Below the pieces are notes generated by a model that was not told the DNA's origin, did no database searches, and worked only from the letters and a program-made list of their open reading frames with translations. A stretch of DNA of 64,000 bases from Lama guanicoe (Eukaryota), in the NCBI GenBank assembly GCA_013239625.1, contig MU054391.1, positions 5,787,824 to 5,851,823 of the forward strand, read 5' to 3'. The translations under genes and the position numbers were made by a program. Shown here one piece after another: positions 40,720-53,600 of this stretch (positions are counted from its first letter, which is position 1; every line of letters starts with the position of its first letter).

Positions 40720-41928
40720 GACCTCAGCGGCCTCCATGTTGCTAATCCTCATCTTCCTTGACCTCCAGGCGGCATGTGACCTAGCTGACCACGCCTTCCT
40801 CCTTGCTTCCATTTTCCTGCTCTCTCAGTGAGTCCCTCTGTCCCCTCTTCCCTGCAGGATCCTCTTTTTCATCTCTATGTTGGAGATTCCAGGATCCAAT
40901 GTTGGTCCCATTCTTTTCTCCCTCACTGCCACGGAGATTCACCCCATTTCCAGGCTTTCAATATCATCTCTGTGCCAATGACTCTCAGATGTCCATTCAG
41001 CCCAGATTTCTCCCTGGGACTCCGGACTTCTATCCAACCATCTACTGATACATCTACCTGAATCTCTAATAAAAATCTCAAAAGCAACGTGTCCAAAACA
41101 AAACTTCTGACCTCCCCCAGTCTTTCTACGCTTGCAGTCTTCCCCAGCTCAAGGATGGCAAATCATTCTTCCCAGTTTTCAACTGAAAAGCTTGTAGTCC
41201 TTGACTCTATTTTTTCCCCACATCCCATATCCAATTTTCAGGAAATCCTGTTGATCCCACCTTCAGAATAGATCAGAATTTGACCACTTCTCACCACTCC
41301 ACCCCACCACCCTAGGCCAAGCTACTATTATCCTTGGTCTGGTCTCCCTGCTCCCCACTTTATCCCTTACCACCCAGCAGCCAGATGAATTACTTTAAAA
41401 CATGAGTTAGATCATGTCACCGCCCTACTCCAACGCCTCCAATGCCTCGCTATCTTACTCAATAAAAACCAAACTCTGTACAAAGGCCTACAAGCCGCTC
41501 AGAACATGTTCCCTGTCCCCATTACTTTGACCACATCTCCTCTATCCTTCTGTCTTGTCTCCCTCCAGCCATACTGGGCTTTTTCTGTTCACTGAACACA
41601 TTAGGTGTCCCCTCCTCGTGCAGACTGGAGCCTCTGCCTGGGCCACCCCTCCCTCACCTCCTGGTGGTCTCACTTCCTTCAAGTCTTCAGAACTGATTCC
41701 ACCCCCTGCTCCCCATCTGCCTCCTCTGCTTTATTTCTCTCCCGCAGAACTTGCCACTTTCTAATACATCATACAATTTACTTATGCTTTTATGGTCTGT
41801 TACCCCAGTTAGGATGCTGGAGGAGGCAGGGAATTTTTGTCCCCTGTATTCACAGCCATAACCACAGCGTCTAGAAGAGTGCCTGGCATAGAGTAGGACT
41901 CTCAATAAATATTTGTTGAATGAATGAG
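40720..41928 (+). mobile_element. LINE-2 3' portion
   Basis: C/T-rich body ending gtgcctggcatagagtaggactctcaataaatatttgttgaatgaatga, the canonical L2 3' terminus. Confidence 0.88.
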
Positions 41929-42057
41929 CAGACCCTGGAGAAGGGAGCTGTAGCTCAGGAAGGACAATTGGGGCCAGGAGTAGGTGGGGGTGGAAATGAA
42001 TGGGAGATGGCACTAGGGGTGCGGGGAGGGACGGCAGTGGGGGAAGAGGGTGCAGGG

Positions 42058-42076
42058 GTGTGTGTGTGTGTGTGTG
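42058..42076 (+). repeat. (GT)9 microsatellite
   Basis: gtgtgtgtgtgtgtgtgtg read directly. Confidence 0.9.
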
Positions 42077-43083
42077 AAGTTCACATGCGGGTTCTGAGAG
42101 GGCTAAGACAGGCAGAGATGGAAGATCCACACTGGTTGGGGCGGGACTCAGAAGAGGGGGAGGGGCGGGTACTTGGGACAGAGGCGGCTCAGGTGAGGCT
42201 GGGGAGACCACTCGGTGAGCACCAACCCTGGCCGCACGGGGGGAAACAACAGGTTAGGAGACTGTGGCAGTCTTCCAGTGTCTGTCACGTAGCAGACAAT
42301 CTGAAATGCATGTACAGGAGGTTCTGAAGTCGGACAGTTTCGATGGGCAAGACCAGGAGGGAGACGTCTGAGCTTCCTCAGGTAAAAGCCTCAGAAGTTA
42401 AGTGGACGCGGTCTAAGAGGTGAGAGGGGGCACGAGGAGGGCGGACGCTTCACAGACCCCAGGCGGGAAGGTGCCCGAGGCAGCCGAGCGGCGACCGCGG
42501 GGCACCCGAGCGGCGACCGCGGGGCACCGGCGAGGGGCAGTCGCGGGGCGGGGAGGCTCCAGGACTGGAGAGGCGGGGGGCTTAGGTGGGCGGGCGGGAA
42601 AGGAAGAGCGCCCAGCGCCTGGGAAGACGGCGCCAGGGCATGTCCGGTCCCGCAGGTGGGCGGCCCACGGCTGCGACCGCTGGGCAGAGCGAGGACGCTG
42701 TGCCTGGCCTTGCAGTGGGCGCGCTGACGGCCGTAGAGGGGCGGCATGTACTGGCCAGGAGCCGCGCCGCTTCGCTTGTTCTGACCGGAGGGAGGCCGGG
42801 AGTGCCGGGCGCGCCACACGGGCGCGGCCACGCGGAGCGCGGCCACGCGGAGCGCCGACTCCCGCCCGCGAGGCTCGGCCCCGTCGGCCCCGCCCCGGCG
42901 CCCCGAGCACTGGCCAATCAGGCAGTGCCGCTAGCCTCCCAGCCCCGAAGCTCCGCCCCGTGCCGGCGCGCTGCCAGCCAATGGGAAGTCGAGCCTGGGC
43001 ACCCCCAGTGCGCGCTGCCCGCGCGGAGCCGGCTCAGAGCGAGAAAAGCGAACCCAACCCGTCGGGGCCGCCGCTCCGGACCC

Positions 43084-43122
43084 GCCGCCGCCGCCGCCGC
43101 TGCCGCCGCCGCCTCCTCCTCC
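43084..43122 (+). repeat. (GCC)5GCT(GCC)4(TCC)3 trinucleotide repeat in the presumed GRHL1 5' UTR
   Basis: Read directly; ends ~70 nt upstream of the ATG. Confidence 0.92.
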
Positions 43123-43191
43123 CCCCGGATCGGGTGTACTGTCCCAACCCGAAAGTCCAGTTCTGCGGCCCGGCAGCGGCGAGCGAGCGCG

Positions 43192-43211
43192 ATGACACAG
43201 GAGTACGACAA
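43192..43211 (+). CDS. GRHL1: GRHL1 exon 1 coding part (MTQEYD-N)
   Basis: gcgATGACACAGGAGTACGACAA|gtgagt; purine at -3; matches recalled GRHL1 N-terminus [17 protein letters not shown]. Confidence 0.95.
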
Positions 43212-46200
43212 GTGAGTGAGGGCGCCGGGTGCGAGTCCGGACGGCCGGGCAGACAAGGCGAGGTGGGCTGGGGACGCCAGTGTGAGTCCGGGCGAGAAGG
43301 CCGGGGTGCGGGAACGAGGCCGAGCGCGGGGCACGGGCTCCAGGCTGGGAGGGCGGGGGCCGCGTGTGTCGCTGTCCACTTTCTTCTCCGCCGCGGCCTC
43401 TGCCCCTCGGGCACTCCACCCCACGTTTGTTCCACTGAGGCCCCTTGGGAAGACCCCTGCGTTGAGGGTGTCTCGACTCCGGAGAGGAGCCCCCCTACCC
43501 GTAGCCTCAGCGTCCTGGTCTGGGGCACCACGCCACGGGCGCGCCCCGGGTCTGCTCCCCGGTGGCCCCGGTGCGCGGAGGGAGATTTGAGGCGTCCGGC
43601 TCGCCGGCTGCTCCTCTGCCACGCCGACAGCGCCGTGTCCCCCACGGTCGGTTTTTGCTCATTGGGGCCAGTGGAGCTCTTTGGGACGCTCTTCGCGGCT
43701 GGAAAGGGAGACTTCTCAGGTAATCTCTTGTCGCTCAGCCGTGTCATTTGGCCAGCCTACTAGAACTTCCGAAAGGAGAAATTTGGGGAAAAGTTGAAGT
43801 ACTCTGACGTCCTGGCATTTTCTTTCCCCTGGTTGGCTGTGTGAGTGAGAAAATTGTTGCAGGAGTTATTTTGCCACTTGCATCATTCATGGTAATTACA
43901 GATTACTGTAATTGAAAATGCTCAGAAAATATCAGCAGATGAAACTTTGAAATCAGGATGGTAAACTAGAAAGCACTGTGCTTACCAATGTGCTTTTTGG
44001 AGTTTGTGATTAAAGGAATATTTTGACAAAGATAAGGAGGTAATGTAAGACATTAGCATTAGGGAACACTGGATGAGGGACATTTTTGTATTTCCTTTGC
44101 AACTTTTCTGTAAATATAAAATTGTTCCCCCGTAATAAAAGTAAATCGTATTAAACCAATCACTATATATCAGACCAGTAAATCCAGGGCAGAGAGGTAC
44201 CTCTCCCAGTTTTATAATTATTGGCTGAGGATCCTTTTAAGAGTGTTCTTTTTTTCTGGTTGAATAGTTTAGATGTTGTTATGTATGGGATAACTTAAAT
44301 GAATTAATCTTGTGTTGTAGAATATGCAGATAAATTATTCCTTGAAATATACTTACGAAGTCTTTATGAGATCATTGACAAAGGATTTAAGACTCAAGGA
44401 AGGAACACATTGATGAGCCTTTAGGGACTAACAGCCTGGCTGTCATGAGGAAGTAGACTGAAAAAGGCAACTGGTTTTCTGTTTATTTCTTGACTTATAG
44501 TTTAGATAAGGCATGTTTCCAGAGCTAAAATTTTGGCCTTAGGCACAGTTTGGAAATGTAAGACACCTTCAGGGTGATCACAAACAAAACCATATGCCAA
44601 AAGATGTTTATTTTCTGTTGCTTGTACGGATTTGGGGTGGGGGTGGGAGGAGAAGGGAAGCTGAAAAACTAGCATTACGGGAATTGGATGAGCCAAGTGC
44701 TGTCATAATCTTCTGGAAGTAGCTATTACACTATTAATAATAGCTTAGCTGTGCACTAGCAAATCACCCCAAGGTACCACTGGTCCAGTAGCTGCTGTCC
44801 TCACCTCTGATGTCACAGGGAATACCCCTTTGTATATTTCTTAATTTTTAAAAAAATTTTGAGATTTGTAGAAAGTCTTCATTTTTAAACCAACCATGTC
44901 CTTTAAACAACCCACTATATTTGTTTTGTGTTAAAATCCTACCACCTCAAGACTTCTTTTCCCACCAAATGCGAGCTCCTCTCCTAGGACTTTAGGCCTA
45001 GACATGAGTAAAAACATTGGGTTTGAAATAAGACTAATTTTTACAGAAGATAAATTGGATTTCCCCCTATCTTTTTCAAAGATGTTCTCCTTTTCCTAAA
45101 TCTGTATCAGTTTTTAAAGGGCCTGGGTGACTGCCAAACCCTAACCTTTGTTGATTACTTGCGAAGATAATCAGTCTTTCTACATTCACTTTTAGAGTAG
45201 GTAGGTCACCTTTAGGCCATTTACATATTTCATTTGTGTGTTGCAATGAGAACTGATCCTTTAATTTGCTTATTAGAATTGTGTTAATTTAGAGTAGTTC
45301 TATTAAAAAAATTTTTTTCCCTTAAAAAAACTGCTTGATTTTGCTGGAGTTAGCATTTCACTTTTTCTCTTTATTGACTTAACAAAACAGAACCAACTGA
45401 ACAGTTGTTGAGACTGTTTACATTTCAAGTTTTTGGATTCGGTAATGTTTGCTTTAATCTTTTAAATTAAATCCTCTTTAAGACTTTACTAAGTTCTCCG
45501 TTGATTTTTCTGGATTTTTCCCACCCTGTAGTGTTAAAGGGAAACAGTTCTTGCCCCGTATGGAAAACCAGTAAAGATTTTTAAAAACAGATTTCCCCAC
45601 CTAAATCCTTAAAAATCTCTTTTTTTTTTCCAGTGGCTTCATTTATTGTTGTAGATTCTTAAGTGTTTATCTCTAAGATAAACGGTTAACTCCCATGCCA
45701 GAAAATTATGCCTCCTTATTGATTTACAGTCCCCTTTGGCCACATTCCATGCTCAATCTGCTGGTAATCAGTAGACTATTCTAACTTTCTCATATACCCC
45801 CAAGGATTAACCCAAGTATCCCTTTTTCTTTCCATCCCCTCCTCCTCTGCCCCTTGGTTGTAGTTTTTAAGGCATGGCATCCCTGGGAGAAAGAGGGAAA
45901 TGACATGTAGCAGCGTGGTGGCCGAACCATGTGTGCTCTGTCTAAGAGGGCACAGTCCTGAATGTCTGTGTCTGAAGAGAGTGAACGTTCTGTTTGGCCC
46001 TACTTTGTCCTTGTGTTTGTTTATGTAAAGTGTTTGAATAGCCTGACATTTTCTTGGAGTGGGTTTTTGGTTTCTGGTTTTTGTTTTTTTTCTGTGTGTC
46101 CTGGGATCCATGAGTAGGTTAACTGCAGGTTCCCTGGCTGCCTGAATACCTCATACCTTACTGGGTGACCCATTGGGCTGCATTTAAGTTGGCTGTCTCC

Positions 46201-46368
46201 TGGTCTTGTCTTGATTTACTTTATTGGAGTCATTGATGAAACAATGGACTGTTTTATTGGAATATCAAGGAATTGGTTGTTTGTTTTTTAAAAAATTAGC
46301 TTATGATGACTTGCAGTAGAAAAATGTAATTTATATTTGTATAAATATATATATATTTGTTTGTTTAA

Positions 46369-46593
<225 letters not shown>

Positions 46594-49041
46594 TAACAGC
46601 AGTCCAAGATGCACTTGATTCAGCAGCATATAAAACAGCAATTCACTGGTAGAACGTAATGCAGGTTGCTTCTGTAGTGACTATAAATAGTTTAATGAGT
46701 ACTTTGACTTGCTGTGGTTCAAAGCTGAACATCTACGATCATAGAATCAAAGGGTTGTTTTTAAAACATGTGAAGTGGCTGGCTCTATCTGAAGGGGGAA
46801 GCTACCATAAAAGAAGATGGTAGATGTGTCCTAATGAGACTGATCATTTTACCAAAGGTCGTTCTTAGTGCCTTCAAGAGTGGACAGTGACTCACTTGCC
46901 TGGGCTCTAACCTTATTCCTGTGTAGTCACAGTGATTTCCCTTTCCCTAAATAATATTACAGAGCTTTTGATTTGACTTCATTTGATTTGATTCGATTAG
47001 GCGATTCATAGGAAAAAAACATTTTTCTAGTCTTGGACTTTCTAGTTCTAAGATCAGGATATATTTTGTTCCCTGCTTCTAGACACTTGGGTTAGTCTTA
47101 ATGAAGTATGACCATCCCTCTGCCTGGAGTTTTACATGGTGTTCGTATCTGGAGATGACACCACTGATCTGTATCATCATTGCTGCCCTAATAATCCCAG
47201 CTGCTTCTTACTGATCACCTGTATCATGCTAGACGTGTTAACCAGAATGCATGTTGTTTCTGACCCCTCCAGGAACCCTGCAAAATACGTGGTATTATCC
47301 CTATTTTGCTGATGATAAAATAAAGTTCCCGGGTCACACAACTCGTATGTGTTGGAGCCAGGATTTCAGATTGTGCTCAGGTCCCCTCCTCGGCGTGCCC
47401 TGCTGTCTCCTGGGGGATGTGCTTAGCTAGTGTGCGTTCCCTTCGGCGTTCTTTCTGACCGATAGCCAGTATATGGGGATGGCTATATGTTATGGTTTAT
47501 TTTTACTATTTTTTGTTTTTAAAATATCCAAACCTATAGTCAACTTAAATTAACAGGATAACTAACTCCCAGATGCTTTCACCCAGATTCACCAGTTGCC
47601 TGCCTTTTGTTACATACTGGCACTGTATTCTTTTCTGAGTATAAGAAACGTAGAGGGAAAAAAAGCAAAGAAGATGGTTTGATTATCAAAATTAAGGGAG
47701 GACCTAAACAAGCGATTGAATTATTTTCTGGTATGAGGCCATGTTGTCCAACTTGTTGTGTTTAAGGGACTGAAGTAAGTTTGTTTTCCTTGAATGTGAG
47801 TGGAAACTTGTGTAGTAACTAATGATGCTAGAAGAAACCCTTGCCTGGGAAACGTAGCCTCAAAGGGTTTCTTTGAAATACAACTTATGTATCTGTTCTT
47901 CTTATGGCTTGTTTTATTGGCTCAGTGTAAAAACCGTAAGTTCCTATGTGTTAATTAGGAAATTTGAAATTATGTACTTTTAACTGAAACTTCTGAGAAT
48001 GGGAGAAAACCAAGTTTAGTGCCGGAAAGACCAATGTAGTATCACTAATTGCGGTGGTTGTATATGTGTGTGTGTTTTAAATAAAGGGCCCTAAAGTATT
48101 TTGCATCTTGGGAGGAGATAAGTCCTCGTGTCTGTCCATGAAGGGTGGTAGCCTTAGTAGTACGCCAGCCTTCTTGCCATAGCTATGGGGTTATTTATTT
48201 TTCTTTTTAAATAAACTGACTTGTTTCAAGTATTTGGATGTAACCATCAGTCATTTTTACATAATAACTGTGGTAAAGCTTTAAAAGCACATTGTTAATA
48301 CATGGAACAACAATATATTTTGTCTTCAAGGGTAAAACAAGGGGTAGGATTTCTACATTCACACTGAAAACCAGTTTGAAATATCTTAGCAGTTTTGGAG
48401 TACATGTTGGGAACATGCCTCAGTTGGGTTGATGTCTGCAATATACCCCGTAATGTTTGCCTCCTTTCACCTTCTATGCAAAGAAGAGAAGACTCAAAAA
48501 AGAAATAGAACAAACAGGGTTCAGCTTGTCCTTTGGGTAACGAATGGTGTGAATCCCAAAGTATCTAAAGAAATTTATCATTTGAAGCTGATATTTGGAT
48601 CTTGGAAGTGAACTATTCACATGGCTGGTCCTTTTGATTTTGCATATAATCCAAAGGGAAGGGTAGCCGAGAAAAGCAGGGCGAAAGCTGAAGTTGTTTT
48701 CTGCACCTTCTTCTCTATTACGTTATGTAGATAAATGAGTGAAACCAGACCAGAGCTATTACTTTTAAGAGATGAAACCCAAACTCAGTGACAAAGTAAA
48801 TTTGTGACATTCTGAATTTACTTTGCAACTAATAAAAGTTGGTTTTTACATTGCAGCCTGGTAACCAGATTGTAAGCTCCTTGAGGGCAGACACTGTCTT
48901 ATTCATTGTGTACCCTCAGAGCCTGGGGTTTGGCAGGCAATCAGTAGACACATGAACAGTTGAGCTTACTGAAAAATAAAGACCGCTTCTGTACTTCACA
49001 GAGTAAGAACTAAATTGTTGTTGTGCGTGTTAATATCCAAG

Positions 49042-49112
49042 GTTCCAAGAGAGAGAAGATCGTCAACAGCAAAGCCAGATGTTGAGCACCCAGAGCCAGA
49101 TCATAGCAAAAG
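49042..49112 (+). CDS. GRHL1: GRHL1 exon 3, 71 nt
   Basis: tccaag| and |gtaatg; VPRERRSSTAKPDVEHPEPDHSK(R). Confidence 0.92.
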
Positions 49113-49864
49113 GTAATGTTTAATAAAGAGCGTAAGACAGTGCACTTGACAAATGCCAGGCTTCTGTGAAAATCGAACGAGAGTTTGTTTAAGGATCAGA
49201 CTCTCATGGAAGGGGTGGATCCCCTGGACTCTTCCATGTCTAAATTCAGATTTCATATCAGATCTGCCTCTTACTAGTTAGGATTCTGTTGCTGAGAAGT
49301 TACTAGTTTCTTCAGGTGTAGTTGCCTTTTCAAGAAAACAAAACTGTTAACTTTTTCCTCATCCAAAAGGATGTTTTTATTAATAATGTAAGTGAAATAT
49401 TTGCTTATTTGCCTTTAAGGTTCTCTTAAGAAGGATGTGGCTTAAGGCAATGGTGAGGGTCCATCAAAACAAGAAGTACCAATGATATTGAATAACTGCC
49501 TAACTAAGTAAAACTTAATGAAGTATGTTCAACTGTATTCCCAACTCCTGTTGAAGTTATTTTGGGGGATCTGGAAGGTTGATACTTCCAGAAAATTGAA
49601 CTAAGGCTTGACTTTATAGCCATGAAAAAAACTTACATACACCTTTCATATTTTCCTGTGTTCTATTAGTAAGAAAGGGATAAAACATTTTTTAAACAAG
49701 AACGATCACTCAGAATCCCACTGTCCTAGCTATTTATTTATTCACTGATTGGGTACGCAGGCTCATTGTATGTGGTTGTGGTTGTGTTCACAGATAGGGT
49801 TTGTCGTATGCTTTCTTCTACTTAGTCTGTTTCATAGGTATTTTCCATATTGCTGGGGTTTTTT

Positions 49865-50095
49865 GTTTCTTTTTTTACTGTTTTTATTGAGGTATAGTCA
49901 GTTTACAAAGTTGTGTCAATTTCTGGTGTACAGCACAATGCTTCAGTCATATATGAATATACGTATATTCATTTTCATATTCTTTTTCACAGTAAGCTAC
50001 TACAAGATATATCGAATACAGTTCCCTGTGCTATACAGTATAAACCTGTTTATCTATTTTATATATACCAGTCAGTATCTGCAAATCTCAAACTA
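49865..50095 (-). mobile_element. L1 3' tail, same family as 7129-7302
   Basis: tttttattgaggtatagtcagtttacaaagttgtgtcaatttctggtgtacagca...gttccctgtgctatacag. Confidence 0.88.
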
Positions 50096-51181
50096 TATTC
50101 CTATTTTAATCTTCATAATTACCCCTTAGAGAAGGGCTTATGGCTTTCATTTTTCACTTTTTCTTATGGGTACTTTCAAACACAACAAAAACAGAGAAAT
50201 AGTGTGAGCCCACAGATACTCAGCTTCAACAGATATCAACTTAATTCTTCCTGTTTGATCTACTCTTTCCTCTTCTCCAACTTTTTAGTTAATTTTAAGA
50301 TTTTATTTATTTTTGCTGGAGTATTTTAAAGCAAACCATAGCTATCCTTAAGGCTGTATCTAATGTTTTGCTACTACAAAGCCTAATGAACAACTTTCTA
50401 GATATCTTTTTCCTTTTTTTTCCCTTTTTCTCTAAAGGGATTTCCTTAAAACAGAGTCTTAGGAGTGAATTTGTGGTTTAAGATTTGAATATTTTATTGA
50501 TCATGAAATGCACAAAGTTGCCCAATTGCTTTTTTACTTAAAGGCATCAGCCTATAGGATTTGAGGGGGCTTTGAAAATTTATTAATTTTACCTTAGATT
50601 ACAAATTGTCTTATATAGCCCAGGATATTTATTAAGCCAAAAATAATTTTATGCAAATATATCTGCTGTAGTGTGATCATAGGGGTTTTTTTAGGGGGAA
50701 GGGGAGTGAAAGAGAAAGCAGATAAGCCTAAGCAGTAGGAAAGTGGTGGCTGAGTACCAGTAATCACACTTCTGAGCCCCTGTGTGCCCAGCAGCAGTAC
50801 AAGCTTTTCAGTGTATCCTCGTTTCGTCCTCATCACCACCTTGTGAGCATAGGTACCGTTATTATCCTGATTTTATAGACGAGCATGTAGTTACTAAGGG
50901 ATTTTGAACCTAGGTCATCTGACTCCAGAGTGTGTACTTTAGCCACCACCCTGTACTGCTCCAACTAGTAACGTTTCACTTGACCTATAACTATGAAGTG
51001 TTTTTTTCTTTCTCCAGTAATGGGTTGTCGTGCTATTTTCTATGTATTTGGTTTCTACCAAGTGTATTATTATTATTTTGCACAGGACCTAACAGCCCAG
51101 TGCCATTAGGAGAATAAAAATTATCAAGGAACTGTATCAGCATTGAGTTTGAAAACACAATTGTCTTTTCTTTTCTTAAAG

Positions 51182-51572
51182 AAACAGCATACCAAATGTG
51201 ACTGAGCAGCCCCTCATTTCTGCTGGAGAAAACAGAGTGCAGGTGCTGAAAAATGTGCCCTTTAACATTGTCCTTCCCCACGGCAACCAGCTGGGCATAG
51301 ACAAGAGAGGCCACCTAACAGCTCCTGACACTACAGTCACTGTCTCCATAGCAGCGATGCCTACACACTCCATCAAGACGGAAACCCAGCCCCACGGCTT
51401 TGCTGTCGGGATCCCCCCAGCAGTGTATCATCCTGAGCCCACTGAGCGTGTGGTGGTTTTCGACCGGAACCTAAATAATGACCAGTTCAGCTCTGGTGCT
51501 CAACCCCCAAATGCTCAAAGACGTACTCCAGACTCTACCTTCTCAGAGACCTTCAAGGAGGGCGTTCAGGAG
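51182..51572 (+). CDS. GRHL1: GRHL1 exon 4, 391 nt
   Basis: ttaaag| and |gtacag; (R)NSIPNVTEQPLISAGENRVQVLKNVPFNIVLPHG...TPDSTFSETFKEGVQE; overlaps ORF 51198..51599. Confidence 0.95.
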
Positions 51573-52611
51573 GTACAGGAAATGAAAGCATCTTCCTAAG
51601 ACGGCTGTGTGTTTGTATAAGTATTGGGTTCCACCTCTTCCTTGTTACGTAAGCTTGAAACACAGCCTGAAGTGAATGGATTGGGAACAAAAGAGTTTTT
51701 TTTTAAAGAGAGGCCCATGGGTATAATTTGTAAACTAAACCTATAAAACCAGAACTTATTATCAAGGGCACACAGCTAATCTTACCAGCAGCTGAGTTAA
51801 CAATTCTGATTTCAGCTAAGTGATTTGCTGGAGAAGGAGAAGGAGAAGCACGTACATAATCTTCCATCGACAACAGATACATCCACATAGCCTGTGTTCG
51901 ACTTCAGTCCCAGACCGAACCAGGCTCGCTGCAACTGGCCTTAATAGAAAGCGATTTGCCGCGTGTCTGCTCGGTGTTGCTTGGCTGGTAGTATTGTCAG
52001 GGAGGCAGGTAGATCTCGATGACAAATGACAATGTGTGAAATTTACCGACTAATCCCAAATACGTGTGAGGGTTTTGTGGCGATGAACACAAGTAAAAGT
52101 TAGGGACTGGAGATGTTTGGGACTGTGTTCAGTGACTCGTGGGGGAAAGGAGCCTCTGCCTCCGCTTATGGAGGGAGGAGTAGAACAGAAGCCTTTCCTG
52201 AGAAGGTGCACCAGTCCGTCCAGCCTTGGTGCGAACTCGATCCTGTACCTTAACTTGGTACAGTGATAGAGCTGTACCAAGTTGAAAGTCATGAGATTTT
52301 GGTTGCAGATTCTAATGTTTGAACAGAATTGGGATGTGTGGGAAAGATGGAAAAAGAGAGTAACGAAGCTCTTTGTGGAAGCACCTGCATAGATTGTCCT
52401 GACTTCATCAAGTGGCTTATAAAATGGGTATTTTTTTCTTTTTAATTGTCTTCTAAAAATTTTTGTAGAGTTAAAATTTTTATTTTAGATGAGTTTTGAA
52501 AGAGTAGTGACTTGCCGTAAGCCACATACCTTTATGCTGTACCAGACGTTGGTCTTCAGTGAGCCTGCTAACAAGTGAAATCGTTGTGGCTTATCAACGT
52601 TGGTATTTCAG

Positions 52612-52688
52612 GTTTTCTTCCCCTCGGACCTCAGTCTGCGGATGCCTGGCATGAATTCAGAGGACTATGTTTTTGACAGTGTTTCTGG
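52612..52688 (+). CDS. GRHL1: GRHL1 exon 5, 77 nt
   Basis: tttcag| and |gtaata; VFFPSDLSLRMPGMNSEDYVFDSVS(G). Confidence 0.93.
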
Positions 52689-53385
52689 GTAATAGTTGTC
52701 TTTTAATTTGATGTTTAACTTTCAGCTTTTCCGACTTCTTCTTTGTTAATTTGATCTTGAAAAATCAGAGCTGGCTTCGGTGGCTTTCGCCTTTCTCTTC
52801 CTGCAGTGACTGTGGTGGCGTCTTTGCTGGAGGACATCTGCTTCAGTGCATTCAATTCTGAACTCTGGTCTGTGTTTCATGTTCCCCTAATTCTTGGTGT
52901 TGGTGCTTTTTCTCTTCTTCAGTTTCTTTATATGATGGTAGTAGAATGAAATCTCAGAGAAGAGATGAAGGGAAGAAATTAGATCTCTGAGAGGTGACTT
53001 CTGTTTCCATAAGTGTATAATTCTGTGAGAATTTAGGAATAACATTGGTGAATAAAGGCTTTTATATTTTTATTAGTCTCACTAACGATAAAATAAGTGA
53101 AGCCAGCTGTTCCCTGGGCTGCTTTCCTGCCTGTCTTGTAGACGTCACAAAATTGTGTCTCAGTCTGGGCATATGAATGTTTTCCAAGATACATAAATAT
53201 ATACATCTTCAGATTTTTTTAGGAGTCTAGGATTTCATTTTGTAATTTTGTTCTATACATTTTTATATGTGTTCTGTTTTTAAAGTTTTATTTAAAAGTC
53301 TAGGATTTTATGGGAATTGAGACTTCCTTAAAGACCTGCCTCAAGGTACAGGAGTCACAAACTCAGATGTCTCAAGGATCTAGGA

Positions 53386-53600
53386 GAGAGGTCAGCAAAC
53401 TTCTGTGAAGGATCAGATAGTAAATATTTCAGGCTTTGTGGGCCACACAGCCTCTGTCGCAACTGCCCAGCTCTGCCCAGCCCTGTCGCTGTCGCACAGA
53501 CGCGGCCCAGACACGGCAGTAGATAATGCATAAATGAAGGGCGTGGCTACATTCCAATAAAACTTTATTTATAAAAGTAGGTGTAATTTGCCAACCCCTG
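53386..53600. mobile_element. MER58A-like hAT-Charlie MITE
   Basis: Terminal inverted repeats GAGAGGTCAGCAAAC ... TTTGCCAACCCCTG; internal agatagtaaatatttcaggctttgtgggcca and ttccaataaaactttattt. Confidence 0.85.

Larger units (their letters stand above)
42400..43750. promoter_or_regulatory. GRHL1: CpG island / GRHL1 promoter
   Basis: Abrupt switch to very GC- and CpG-rich sequence around the first coding exon; GC boxes (CCCCGCCCC ~42888, CTCCGCCCC ~42951); CCAAT boxes at 42914-42918 and 42978-42982; no TATA box seen. Confidence 0.93.

Noticed and set aside
42391..43763. Long overlapping ORFs on both strands (up to 447 aa)
   Set aside because: Arg/Gly/Pro/Ala-rich translations expected from stop-codon scarcity in a CpG island; only the 20-nt MTQEYD exon fits a gene
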